DNA of 64,000 nt from Obrimoposthia wandeli (lineage: Eukaryota), in NCBI GenBank assembly GCA_977020255.1, contig CDROCS010001153.1:310001-374000 (forward strand). Direction: 5' to 3'. The first letter of the stretch is position 1. Each line of letters opens with the position of its first letter. Shown one piece after another: positions 1 through 12,531 of this stretch. Position numbers and translations under genes: made by a program. A model generated the notes under the pieces. That model saw only the letters and a program-made list of their open reading frames with translations, ran no database searches and was not told the DNA's origin.

Positions 1-100
1 TTAAAAAACCCTGTTTATTAAACCCCATCATTTATTAGCTAATTTGTTCAGACAAAACGTGCTAATTTCAGCCCCCACGAAAGAAATCAAAGATATTTAC

Positions 101-241
101 CCTGTTCCCGCTGAAGTTTGCCAGAGCCACCTTGTCCATTCGAACAGAGGACAGATTGAAGGGGTACTTCTTGCCGAAGAATGATTCACATGGCCGGTAG
201 TTGGGGTTGCGTGGCTCGTAACTCAGGGGACTCACTTGGTT
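101..241 (-). CDS. CIMAP2/LEXM-like exon 8 (NQVSPLSYEPR...YPFNLSSVR...SGNR)
   Basis: Acceptor CTTGCAG, donor GTAAAT, 47 codons. Confidence 0.7.
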
Positions 242-949
242 CTGCAAGGTCGGGTGTAATACTTAAATGACTCAGAATTTGCAGAAGATTGACTTCAATT
301 ATTATACAATGTAAAATAAACCTTTTAAAATAATATGTATGCATGCCTATAAAATAATTTATTAATCTGGCTTTTAAATGAGTAACATAAACAATTACAG
401 CGTCGAATACTACAATAATTCAGTGGCTATTTGGTGGTTTGAAATTCCCGAATAAACAGTGACATTCTAAGAGTGAGTAAACGAATTAGACAAATATATC
501 CTGTCAAAGAATCTCCTCATAAACAATGTGTCATAAAGAAATGCTGTTAAGATTAGTCTCAAATCATGACAAACTATATCCAAGCCAACCACCGGTTCGT
601 GAGGGTGTAAAGTAGTAAACTAAGTAGAGTAGATTGCAGAAAACGAATTTTGTAGCCCAAGATTCCTGAAATAATATTCCGAAGAATGGAATTTTATGCT
701 CCAAATCCTTTCAGATTAAACCCAAACTTTAACAGTGGCAATGAAAAATTGCAAGTCGTCATCTATACTATAATCGATTCAATAATATGTATTTATACTA
801 TAAAATGTTATTAATTGATATATTTATGACGCATTGAAAATCTTAATATGGCCTACAATATAGGAAAGGTAAAGATTTTAAAATAGTTGGGATTTAATGT
901 CACCGAGAAAAATTATTAGAAATAGGTCATACAACTATTTATTGTTTTA

Positions 950-1700
950 TCAAGTTAAATTTTCAATTAACAAGAAAATGTGACTCAGAGTGACCTTAGG
1001 AAACAACTGCCAGCGATGATTACAATGTAATACGAATTGTTGCCCATAATCATTAAATCTCATATGAAGAAATTATGACAAGTTTGGATTTAAATATTTC
1101 AAATAAAAGCGTTCATAGTCAATTAAAATCATTTGGTTTTAAACATAAGAAATGAAGCCCTAACATTATTATTTCATAAGCTCAAAAGGAACCAACTAAA
1201 ATGATACATGCAAAATTGTTTGTGGAGAAAAGTCCAATGGTTCAAATTGTGTGATCAGACGAAGCCTGTGTTCTTTTATCTTAAATAGAGTTAGGATAAG
1301 AAGTTGGGAAGATGCTATTAAAGAAGCAATTTTGCCTTTACAACAATATAGCACTAAAGTCTGCATATGGAGATCGACTTTGTTAGATGGGCGCTCAGAA
1401 ATTTGAATCTCGGGACAAAATATAAAGAGTATAAATTAAATAAATCTTGAAGAAAATTTTGTTTATCCAATCTCTAATATTAAAGTAGATTTAACAAACG
1501 AGTGGCTATTCAATGAGACTCAGAAAAATAATTTAGCCGTTCAAGTTTCCTGATATTAATCCCATAGAAAATATTTGGACGTTAATAATAAAAGTAATTA
1601 ACTCTTAATCCAAATCGACTCCACCATTCGAAGCTCGGTAAGAACAAATGCAGAAGTAATCCGAAAGAGGGAGATACTTTTAATTAAAGCAATTTATATT
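950..1700 (+). mobile_element. Degenerate Tc1/mariner transposase remnant
   Basis: PDINPIENIW at 1549-1578 (SPDLNPIENxW motif) and SDEA near 1256. Many stops. Ends are approximate. Confidence 0.65.
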
Positions 1701-3439
1701 ATGTTATATATCGAATTTTTATTACTTTAAGGTGTTTAATTATGAATGTTTATTTATGACAATTCGTTGGCCACTACACTGAGCAATTGTGGACATTTTA
1801 TTTACTTGTCATATTTTATTTACTAGTAAATTTAGAGGTGTTTGGAAGTTTTATGCTCATTATAAAACTCTATTTCAACAATTTTTTGATAATAACTGAC
1901 TCAATACTACATTTTTATTGACAAGATTTTCTTTAGAAATGACTTTTGTAGTACTAGTTACAAGCCTAGGTTTTCTTGTTGTGTTTCTTTACTCTACGCT
2001 AACATCTCTATCTAACACAACTATCTATAATTGTCCTTGGTCGACCTTGTATACTATTTAAAATACAGATAAAAGCTAATTTCTGTATTTGCCTTATTAG
2101 AAGCCGACTTTCTATTAAAATCAGCTCTTCGATATAAAGCCATATTTAGTAGTGAAACTGATTTTAAATCCATCTCCAATATATAGCCAATATCTCTTAA
2201 TAATCCACTGTGTTCTGCCGTGTTGAATTTAATGTTTATGGATATAGGTCGATTTACATTGTAAACTGTTGCTGCTTTCTCGACAAAGCGAAGATTCTGC
2301 AGTTCACGAGGATGAAGAGGAAAACATTGACGATGATAACATTATTGATCGTAAGGAAACAGAATTTTGTGATTCGAATGAATCGAACTTGGTAGGTAAC
2401 TTCCAGAACTGAACAATGACATTACCTATGTTTTTTTGTGAACATATTGTTACTGTGGAAAATTATTCAGTTTTAATTTAATGTTTTATTAATGTTCTGA
2501 CATGTATATTTATCTAACTATCTAATTTTTATTTAAATTTGAAGTGCACTCTATTAGTAGCCCAATCTTTAATATAAGCTCATGTTCACTGGTAAAACTG
2601 AATTAAAGGCTCCGGGCTTCTTTTAGACCAAACACGGTATGCTGTTTTTAAATAACAGAAATGAGCAGAGACAATTTTAGAAACTTACAATGGAACGTTT
2701 TTAAATCGAAATGACAATTTATGTTTTTATTCATACAATAAATTAATTTAATTTTATAATAACTTCTGTACAGTGTTTATAGGCCCATCTGCATTGAGTT
2801 TAAAGTTAATAATGTTCAAATTCAAATCTAATCTATTAATTTGAGATGTTTAATTAATATTGTAAATAACTTTAGAATTTATTTTCAATATATTATATTT
2901 TAAAACTGTTGTTTAATTAAAAGTTATTTAGATAAAACGCATATGATTAATTTTTTTAACTTTCATTTGATGATATATTTCAGATCATTAATAAGTTCAT
3001 TATCAAATAAATATCAGAAATAGTTAATACTGATTCTTCTAAAATATAATAGTTAAAATGATTTATTCTAGTTAGAATAATAATATTACATAAATTAGTT
3101 AACCTAATCATGTTTTTATGTATAAATAAAGTCAATTTTTAAAAAAATTGTGTTTACTACAACAGTTCTTAATAAACTATATTGGTAATTTTAAAATGTT
3201 CAAACAAATTAATAAAAATTAAAATAAAACTTCTACCAAAATATATTTTAACTTTATGCAGATGAGCCAATAAACTATACGAAAGTTCTTATAAAAATAA
3301 AATAATGTTTATGTATGAATATAAATTAAATTGGTCTTTTCGAGCTAAATATATTCCCTTGTTAATTGAAGTTAAAAATAGATAATTCTCCAGCCAGTAT
3401 TGGGAAGTAGGTCTGCAGAAAAACTGACTGTCCACCTAC

Positions 3440-3610
3440 ATTGGCATCGACAGGTACATTCCCAGGCTCCATGTAGAAGACCCTCTCATGTGGCCGCTTG
3501 GGATATTGGGCTTCGTGCAGGAACTTGCTCTTGAAGCAGTGAAACCTATCCTCGAGCTCCTCAATGTACTCCTTGTGGTTATAGCTCCCGGGGGCTAAGT
3601 CGTGTCCTGG
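3440..3610 (-). CDS. CIMAP2/LEXM-like exon 7 (PGHDLAPGSYNHKEYIEEL...PKRPHERVF...)
   Basis: Acceptor TTCTTGCAG, probable donor GTAGGT, 57 codons. Confidence 0.75.
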
Positions 3611-3899
3611 CTGCAAGAATCGGAGTCATGGATCAGGAACTACTTGAATTAATCTAAAATGCACTGATATCAAATATTAAAATTTGTAATTATTTAGATT
3701 TTTAAAATAAATATATATAATTTGCGAAATTCTTTTAGTTATAAATATAGATTTCTAAAATAACATTATAATAAATACAATTTTTAGACCCTTAACACTA
3801 GGATTTCCAATGAATTTATACCCATACTTATTTATAAGTGAAAAACAAAAGACATCACAAATGTATTCATATTAATTGCAAAGGGCTTTTGTAAAAGAA

Positions 3900-4350
3900 T
3901 GAGACCCGCAAAATTAATTCTTGTACGATTCACAACTTCGAGAAGATTTTTTTATTACACTTGATGTAGCCGTTTCCGTTTGAGAATAATTTATATTAAC
4001 AAGACTTTTAGTAAAATCTTTTATGAAATGGTGTCGACTTCTTTTTATTTCAGTAACGTCCGTGTATATAATATGAACATTTAAGGCTGCGTTATTTAAC
4101 ATTTTGTAGAAAATGGCCATGTGTTCTTTTACGAACAGCCTTTGTAGAATACAACCAAAGCAGATTGTCCCAGTTATCTACACCATTTTGTTTCGTTGTA
4201 TGATGTAATTAAATTGGGCTCTTTTTATGAATACATTTATCGATAGAGTTATACAAACCAAATAATCTATCTGATGTACTGAAATGTTTCTGATAATTTA
4301 TTGCACGGCTTTATATTTTGAAACCCCTCACTTCCAAATTGGTTACTCCA
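3900..4350 (-). mobile_element. Degenerate piggyBac-like transposase C-terminal remnant
   Basis: MAIFYKMLNNAALNVHIIY with an upstream broken YNETK..VD motif. Ends are approximate. Confidence 0.55.
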
Positions 4351-5858
4351 TATCTGTAATATTTTAGTTCTACTTCATTCAAAATCACCTCTAAAATATA
4401 CTAATCCAATAAATTTCTTTATATAATCTAATTTAAAATATTTTATGTTACCATTTAATTTATCATTCTTTATATTTGAATATTTATGATATATTTGGAA
4501 TTTTATTTCTAAATAGTATATTTCAAGCTGCTTCAATTGAATCAATGTTATTTTCACAAAACGTTTCTGGCCTGGAATTTTAGTGAATATCTCGTGACAT
4601 GTTTCGCAACCTCTACTATAAAACACATCCACATTTTGCAATGTAGTTCCATCTTTTTACATACACATTGATTCCTAATTATCTTTTTCTTTATCTGATA
4701 TTTTGAACTGTCTTTGAGATCAAAATGAACACATTAACAAAACGAGTGAAATTTTGATATTTGAAGTTAATTTTAAATAATTCTAATAGACAAATATAAG
4801 GTTAACTTTAGTGTTTCTGTATCTATACCAAAAAGGTCTTAAAAATAAAAGCATTATATTGTGAGATGGTTAAAATAAAAGTATATTTAAATACTATATT
4901 TAATTATTATATTTATTGATATGATTTTAGTATGTTTGCAAGAGTGATTGAATGAATGCATGATATGCTCAATAACTGAATTATCACATGATATCCCCAG
5001 TCGAAGATCAAGGATAAAAGAAAAAACAGGAACTATCTGTTGTGTGCTTTTGTTTAAATATAAAATTGAAATATGAACGTATTGACTCGAAACGAAACTA
5101 ACATAATATAAATAGCAGACATAGCCAAGGTGATCCCACTGAGAATGTCAAGAACGGTGCTGCAGATTTTCCAGACAATGAATGCTAAAGAAAAAGAATT
5201 TATAAGAATATCAGGAAAACGCTTATTGAAACCGTATTACCCAATAAATATGCAGCATGCGAAGAATTCAAAGCAAAATGTTGAATGTCCTCAGAAAGAG
5301 TAGACTGATCAGACTGATCTCAAGTGCCTAGGTTCAATAGAGGTAATCTCACAGGATTGTCTAATTTTGGCATTTGTCATCGGTCTGTCCAAATTCGTGG
5401 CAAATAGGATTATTATTACTGAAACAACGTGTAGCACATCTTTTGGTGTATGGACTGCATTAGCGAGAGTGCACTTGGGTGAACAGCAAGGTTGTTGCTA
5501 AATAGAGATGTGTTTCAGGATCTCAGATATTGAGCTTAGGTTCAAAACAAAATATATATCCGAAACAATTGAAAAATACAAGTAGGATGTTCCTGAGATA
5601 GGTGTATTAAATCAAACATGGTAAATATAACGAGCTGCAGGCAGTATATCAAATGGTGTTTGAGTAAACGTTGACGAAAATATAGTCGAATATGTATCTT
5701 GATTGAAAAGGAGCCTGGGAGCAGTTCCATAGATGTTGCTGTACCTTTATAAAATAGCTAAATCTAAGAATGTTTGGGGGCTTGTGATGGCAAATTCCGC
5801 AATAGTTCATTGATGGACAACTGCCACTCCTATACAAAGACATAGCGATCGAACTCAC

Positions 5859-6002
5859 CAGAATGGCGTGATGGCCGTATTTGATGGGTCCTAGTCGCGG
5901 TTCACTATCGCAGTCGTAGCGGTTCCGGTGACCAACACGATGCTGAAGCAGCTCGTCAATACTCTCCTTAACCTTGTATATTCCAGGTCCCACGCTATAC
6001 GC
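5859..6002 (-). CDS. CIMAP2/LEXM-like exon 6 (AYSVGPGIYKVKE...RYDCDSEPRLGPIKYGHHAIL)
   Basis: Acceptor TTCTCTTCACAG, donor GTGAGT, 48 codons. GPGxY...VGxR..YD..S..R..P..YGH pattern as in LEXM. Confidence 0.8.
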
Positions 6003-7440
6003 CTGTGAAGAGAAAAATGAAAAGAGGCGTTAATACTGTGCTTCTAGAGAGTCCACTGTTCAAATTTATTGTACATTGAATGTTGATTTTGTAACAATGA
6101 AATTCAAAATATAAAAAGGCGGCCTTTTCACAAATGAAGATAACAAAGCCAAGATACAGGACACTTAAGGCAATCTCCTCAAACGGACCTCGATAGTTTT
6201 CTCAAAATATGAAATTTCAATTGTCCAATTAATATCAAATTATTTAAAAGCTGTATTTGTAAAAAATGTATTAATTTATCTTTAACTTTGATTTATTGTG
6301 CTTTTTTTATTTATCTAATTTTATGGGTTTTTAATAGCGTTAATCGTCAAGACGTTTAAGTCTATATAAACAATTGTCGCGTCAATAAGTCTGATCAAGC
6401 GTGCTTTACTTGATATTTTCGAAATGTAAAAATCACCTTATATTTAAATATTACAAAAACTTAATAATAGTTTTTAATAAAAAAAATACATTTTCTTATA
6501 GCGTAATATATTCTCAGCTTTGTGCTCAATAGATATACAGAATTGAATCGAATACATTTATTATAATCTCTGATATAATGGAAATTTAGCATTATATAAA
6601 GTTTTATGATGGAGAAGTTTTTTATTTCAATGCAATTATTGTAAATTTCTTTTAGTAAAATAGGTATATAAAGTTTTGTAATTAATGTTTAAAACAGGCT
6701 AATGTATGTCCAGTGTTTCACGTTAAAATAAGTCATATTGTTGTGTTCCACAAAAAATTATAAATTGGTATCTAGTCCCATTTTTTTCTCAAAAAATACT
6801 AAATACCTCGTCAATTCTGCAAGGTTTTACACATTCAACTGTCTATATAAATATATCACACGAACGTAAACTGTGTAAAAAATAACCGCTAAATTTACAG
6901 TGTTTGTAGTCATTTTCTTTATTAATTAGCACTAATGAATGTTTATGTACATTTTTAATCAACGGTTCTTTGTTTTTAATGATTTTTAACTATTTTTAAT
7001 AAATATTTTTAATTTCAATTACATCATTTTAAATGTCATAAAATAATCTTTTATTAGATATTCATTTTATTAAGTAAATTATTTTTTAATATTTTGGTTA
7101 AGATGAAAATAACTGAATTACAAATTGGAGGCTTCTTAAACTGTCGTCCCAACATAAATCGGTATCCCGAGTGAGGATAGTTTTGATATTAATAAATTTT
7201 TTAAAAGTTTTGTATATATATTATATAGACATCAAAAAAATGTTGTAAAGAATTTTGCAAATATATTTTATAGATCAAGAAAATCGCTGGCGAGGATATA
7301 TACCTTCTTTTTTTGGAAATTGTAAAGTATAGTGAATTTCCTTTAGAGTGAATTCCTAATAGTGGATTTATATCGAATAATTGTGTTATTTATTTATATT
7401 TTCCTCATAAGTAGCAGCAATAAAATCGTAAAAATATTAA

Positions 7441-7446
7441 CCGAAT
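7441..7446 (+). repeat. Left 6-bp target-site duplication CCGAAT
   Basis: Identical to 21800-21805. A 6-bp TSD is typical of Maverick integrases. Confidence 0.95.
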
Positions 7447-7742
7447 AGTAGGTAGATGTGGCACTTCTGGAACAAAGCCCCCCCCTGAGGACAACATTTT
7501 TTAAGGTCAAGTTGAGGACAAAAAATGTAGGTCAAGTTAAGGTCACGGTGAGGTCAAGATGTAGGTCATGACCTCATGAGGTCATGGGAAAAATCTAGGT
7601 CATGACCTCATGAGGTCAAGTCAAGTTAAGGTCAATGTACTTTAAGGTCAACTTAAGGTCATGACGTCATGAGGACAACTTAAGGTCACGGTGAGGTCAA
7701 AAATATTCTATTTTTAGTAACATTCTTTAAATCTATATATCT
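7447..7742 (+). repeat. Left TIR (perfect 7447-7494, then an imperfect AGGTCA-rich extension)
   Basis: AGTAGGTAGATGTGGCACTTCTGGAACAAAGCCCCCCCCTGAGGACAA is the exact reverse complement of 21752-21799. Patchy homology continues to TTTTTAGTAACAT..AAATCTATAT. Confidence 0.93.
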
Positions 7743-8089
7743 TTTTATCTAAAGACTGTATTAACACCAATTCAACAAAATACATCTAGTGTGTGTGTGT
7801 GTGTTTTATAATTTAAATTAAATTATCTACTTATAAAATAAAGTATTATATAATTTGATAAATTTATTTAAACTAAATTAAATTAAACTATCTACTTATA
7901 AAATAAAGTATTATATAATTTGATAATCATGTTTAAACGTTCCTATATCTATCTAACAAAGACAGTCACGTACTGCATCTATATTGCAAAAACCTGCAAA
8001 TTTATGTAAATAAAGACAAGTATTTCAAACACATATATTCCTTAAAATCACAAAGGAGAATAAAAATATGTACAACACATATAAAATGT

Positions 8090-9710
8090 TTATACAACCT
8101 CGTCCGGGTATAAAAAGTGACCATAGGCGACTGAACGGTTTTTCTCCATCCACTTGCGCTTATCATCACTACTACTTAAGGCAATTTTACTTAACCTTAC
8201 AGTGAAAAGTTGATGATTTAGCGAGCTTATACGTTGTTGTTGTACACGCTCGCTAACGCCACTCTCATATACGGCTAAGTAATTAGAGTGCCTAATACTC
8301 GTCTGTCGGAGACTAATACCTTTCGCTCTCATCTGAGATTCACCTTCTGTAGTCTCTAGGCTATATGATTTTGGTCGTAGAAAAATCCCTTGCCTATAAC
8401 TAATTAATCCCTTACTCTCATCTTTAAATTTTCCTATCGCTGTATTAAGCGTCGTATAAAGCGGATGGGTTTTTGGAAATTTCGAGGTATCCAACAGTCC
8501 ATCAGCAATCATAGCAGGTAACAGTGATTCTTGAACATTGACATTATTACACTTCAAGAAAAAGCTATCAGTGTCACCCGCTATAATTCTAATGTCGCAG
8601 TTAAATTGAACTCGATATTTCTCCAACTGCTCATATTGTAGCTCATACATACGAAGTTTGCTTAAATCTAATACCGCCTGGCCCATGTAACTAGGACGAT
8701 CCAAAACAATATTTTCCTTATCCAGTAAAACTGCAATAAGGTCCGTATCGATTTCGATTGTCCTACGAAAGTGGGCTTTACTGCAATAGGTAACCAGCTT
8801 CTGTGGAGTATTACAAATCCGGAGGTTAATTCTTTTCATCAGATTCTCAATGAGTTTTCCAAATAAAGAATTCACCTTCAGTTTATAATAATCCCGCTCG
8901 AAATCTGTTGTAGCCGCAGCTCTTTTGAGAGAATTATCCTCAATATATTTTGAAAAAACATTAGTTTGTTCAAACTGTATTGCTCTATATACAAAATCTA
9001 CCTTAGCACCAAGTCTAACGTACATTTGTAGCAATCTAGAATGCACAACATAATGTTTCTTAGGGTAATGCGTTAATAACAATTTTTCAGTGTTACACCC
9101 TGGTGGATTTTATTATGAAGCTCGAAGGGAATGGATAAATCTATTTCCAATAAATGAGCGAAGCGACTACAGGATAAATCTGCTGATTTTAAGCTGGAAA
9201 TAATATTCCCCAACTCTAACCGATCAGTCAACCAGGAAAAGTTACCACAAGGTAAAAACTGGGACATAGCCCACCCGTACAAATTATTTACATCAATGTA
9301 CAAAAGTTCTGTACCATTGATGGCGTCAACGCGGTGTTCATTAACAAATGTCATACCCCCGCGAATCCCAGACCGGAAGAGTCGGTACATTTCTGGATCC
9401 TGTATTAGCTCGACTCGCACAACGGGAGCAGAAGAAGAAGCCGGACGAAGCAGGGATTTGAAAGCACTCGCGAAAGTCAGTCCTGGAAATAAAATCATTT
9501 ATTAAAATCATTGTGAAAATCATTACTTTGAAAATCATCTATCTAACAAAGACGGTCACGCATCTATATTGCAAATACTTGCATCTTTATGTAATCAATA
9601 GTAACATTTATTCTTGTATATATATATGTGTGAGTATCTAACAAAGACAGTCACGCATCTATATTGCAAATACTTGCATCTTTATGTAATCAATAAAAAC
9701 ATTTATTCTT

Positions 9711-9746
<36 letters not shown>

Positions 9747-12400
9747 GTATCTAACAAAGACAGTCACGTGTGTGTCTAACAAAGACAATCATCAATACTT
9801 ACAAAGACGTGCTGCATCTATATTGCAAAAACCTGCATCTTTATGCAATCAATAGTAACAAGTACTACACTTATTCTTATACATGTATATATATATATGT
9901 GTTAGTGTCTAAAATTAGAAAAATTAGTAAAATACAAACCAGGGATGGAGAAGAAATTGAGTGGCTCCAATCCATCGTCAGCAATGGCCTTGGTCCGGAA
10001 TGCTGTAAACACGTCTGCTAGAAGGTAGACGTCCATCTTCATATAGACCAGCATATAGTCCCAGAGCGATGAGCAGCCGCTCTGAGTCCAGACCATCTTC
10101 GCCATTTCATATTGTGCTGGCTTGATCTTCTCATCCCACTTTGGCGGTAAGCTATTGATTGCGCGAAGAGCAGTCTCTGATACTGCCATATCGTATGGGA
10201 AGATTCCCTTGGCGCTCACCAGATTTTGCGGGAAGACCGAATGTGTAAGAGGAGTCACACCCAGGTTTTTCACAAGTTTTTCTAAGCTGCTGTTCAAAAA
10301 TTGAAGGGAATCGATGAAACGTATACAGACTCCTCCAATATACACCATCATAGCCTGGAATTTCTCTGTTGATTGAGGTATAACAGATACATTCCAGTCG
10401 GGAAACTTGCATAGTGCGTGCTTCAATATGTGGTGCATGTCATAACCCATAAGATTGTGAAAAATGACGGGAAAAGATCGATTGATTCTCCTTGATAAGT
10501 TGCATTTCGTATGCGCTGCTCCCAGGTATTCGCCAGTCATGTGATCGTGATCTCGAACTTTGTTTGCGAGTTTCTTCTTACACAGATAACAGATTCTTGC
10601 TGCATTGAAACTCGATACCTCTTCCTGTGTGAGTTGTCGCATCACCTCGATCGCATGCTTCTTGTACCATGGGAGTACAACCTCTTTCGCCAAGTCCTCT
10701 AATTTCTGCAAAAAGGATACCACACAAGATTCTCCGGTAAAGACCGAGTAATCATGTGTGTACCCTCTCGTGGCTGCAATGGGAGACATGAGCATACCGG
10801 CCGAGATTGGAAGTTGAATCTGATGGTGGATTCCATGTGGTGGCAGCACAGCCTCAAAGTCCGCGTAAACAGCAAAAGGCGGAGAAATCGTTTTTGAAAA
10901 GTCCTTAAACTCAATATGCTTCTCTGTAGGCATTGAATAAAGCGTTGTATGATCTAAATTCATCCTACAGAGTGGAACGTGTTTAGCGTAACTTATTGGT
11001 CTCCGGAAGCCATGAAGACACTTATGGCACCAAGTACACCGAATGCAATTAGATACACCTTTGTTCCTATAATTAAGCAGCCTATTGAGTTTAGGAATAC
11101 CGACATCATGAAAATTATCATTATTTTCTAAAAGGAGAAGATTGATTGGCTTAGCGTCCGGGTTTGTGGTTCTGTAAATGACATCCACATAGGGATTTTT
11201 GAAGATATCCCCATCTGTTTGCACATTAGAGAACCTATTGAATGTAAATACGTTGATTGAGAGAGATGGATTCTTTCTCTCAAATCGCGGTATATTACAT
11301 AGACGCATCGGCATCTCATTCTCATCAAAAACTAATTGACTCAAAAAGGCATCATATTGATTAACCCGATGAGGATTAGAGCGAAATACTTCACGGAAAA
11401 GTACAGATAAGATACTGTAAAGGAAGCAAAAAGCGTTTGAGTTCTGCACATTGATAACGCAATGTGACAGTGCTAACTCAGATGGAGTAGGTATATAACT
11501 ACTTCCCTGGAGATAGTTCATTGTTGTTGTTTTAGTCACAACAAACGAAATCTCCAGGAAGCGGTTCACTACCCAATTACTGCTACTTTGAGAATAATTC
11601 TCAATATTCTTGTTGATTCCATCTACTCCCGCATCTATAAACCCCTCATCTATGGGGAGCCCTCTATTGGAAAAATTCCAAGCGCGTGTTTCTCCAATAT
11701 TGGAAAATTCAACACGCACCCCGAATTGGACCTTGCAAGTCGCAAACTTGCTGACTGTGTCCCTTAAGCTAGTCAAAAGGGATACAGGAACTTGTAAATC
11801 GATGAGATTGTCATTAGAAACATCTAATGACAATGTCTCAATCGTGCCCCGAAGACTAGTCTTTCGCTTAACAGCATCAACCCTGGAAAACTTCGCAACA
11901 GAGCTACCTGAAGTGGGCATAACACTTCTCTTGCGGGTAGATGCTGGTAACGGCGCGAAGATCATACCAACTGGAGGAGGCATAACTGGAACCATTGGTG
12001 CAGCAGATGGTGGCGAAGCAACTGGACTAGTAACTGGAACAGCAGCAGGGGTAGATACTGGAACAGCAACAATTGGGGCAGCAATTGGCGAAGCAGCAAC
12101 AACTGGACCAGCAACCCGAGAAATAGTAGCAGATCTATTCTGAAAGATGGCCTTCTTGCCACGTTGCTGGAAATGACGAAGATGGACACGATGACGCGCC
12201 ACAAACTCCGGCCAATCAATCTCCTCCGCGGAGAGACATACTGAACATACGTAGAATTGTTGTCCGTTGAACTTCTGTCCAAAGTAGCTCTTCATCTTTC
12301 CGTCACATTCCTTGTGACTCTCCTCGAAGCATAATTCTTTGTTCATATTGCAATTCTAGAAAGAAATAAATTAGCAGAAAAATAACAATAAACTTACCAT
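8090..12400 (-). CDS. Protein-primed family B DNA polymerase (pPolB), about 1270 aa when spliced; two introns and one frameshifting deletion
   Basis: Exons 12398-12400 (ATG), 9940-12355 and 8090-9482 (frame break at 9107-9108). ExoI YADFE, ExoII HNLMGYD, ExoIII YMKMD, EndoVII-like CYLC..RDHDHMTG..AHTKCN, motif A IDVNNLYG, motif B KLKVNSLFGK, motif C GDTDS. Confidence 0.93.
9483..9939 (-). other. pPolB intron 2 (457 nt, phase 1), filled with tandem subterminal repeats
   Basis: CCT G|GTTTGT...TTTTATTTCCAG|GA CTG ACT. Splicing restores the conserved FFSIPGLTFASAF..ELIQDPEMY..F..GIRGG segment with no residue lost. Confidence 0.85.
12356..12397 (-). other. pPolB intron 1 (42 nt, phase 0, directly after the ATG)
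   Basis: ATG|GTAAGT...TGCTAAT...TTTCTTTCTAG|AAT TGC AAT ATG. In frame after splicing; the unspliced form has an in-frame TAA. Confidence 0.75.
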
Positions 12401-12531
12401 TTTCAATTTCGTTTATAATAGGGGATTATTTGTTGATTGATGCTTGCTTATATACTATTTTCGAGCTAGTATTAAGCCAATCAGATTCATTCATAATTTA
12501 AACTAACCAGAATAATTTAAAACAGAATAGT

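Noticed and set aside
9095-9125. Programmed ribosomal frameshift in pPolB
   Set aside because: No XXXYYYZ slippery heptamer, and conserved residues are missing, which points to a deletion.
10490-10600. Endonuclease VII-like zinc module inside pPolB
   Set aside because: Real, but a known feature of this polymerase group and not novel.
11610-12143. 177-aa plus-strand ORF, and similar ORFs at 19403-19708, 16962-17315, 9296-9505 and 11962-12282
   Set aside because: Antisense or alternate-frame shadows of GC-rich or low-complexity parts of real genes, with no recognisable motifs.
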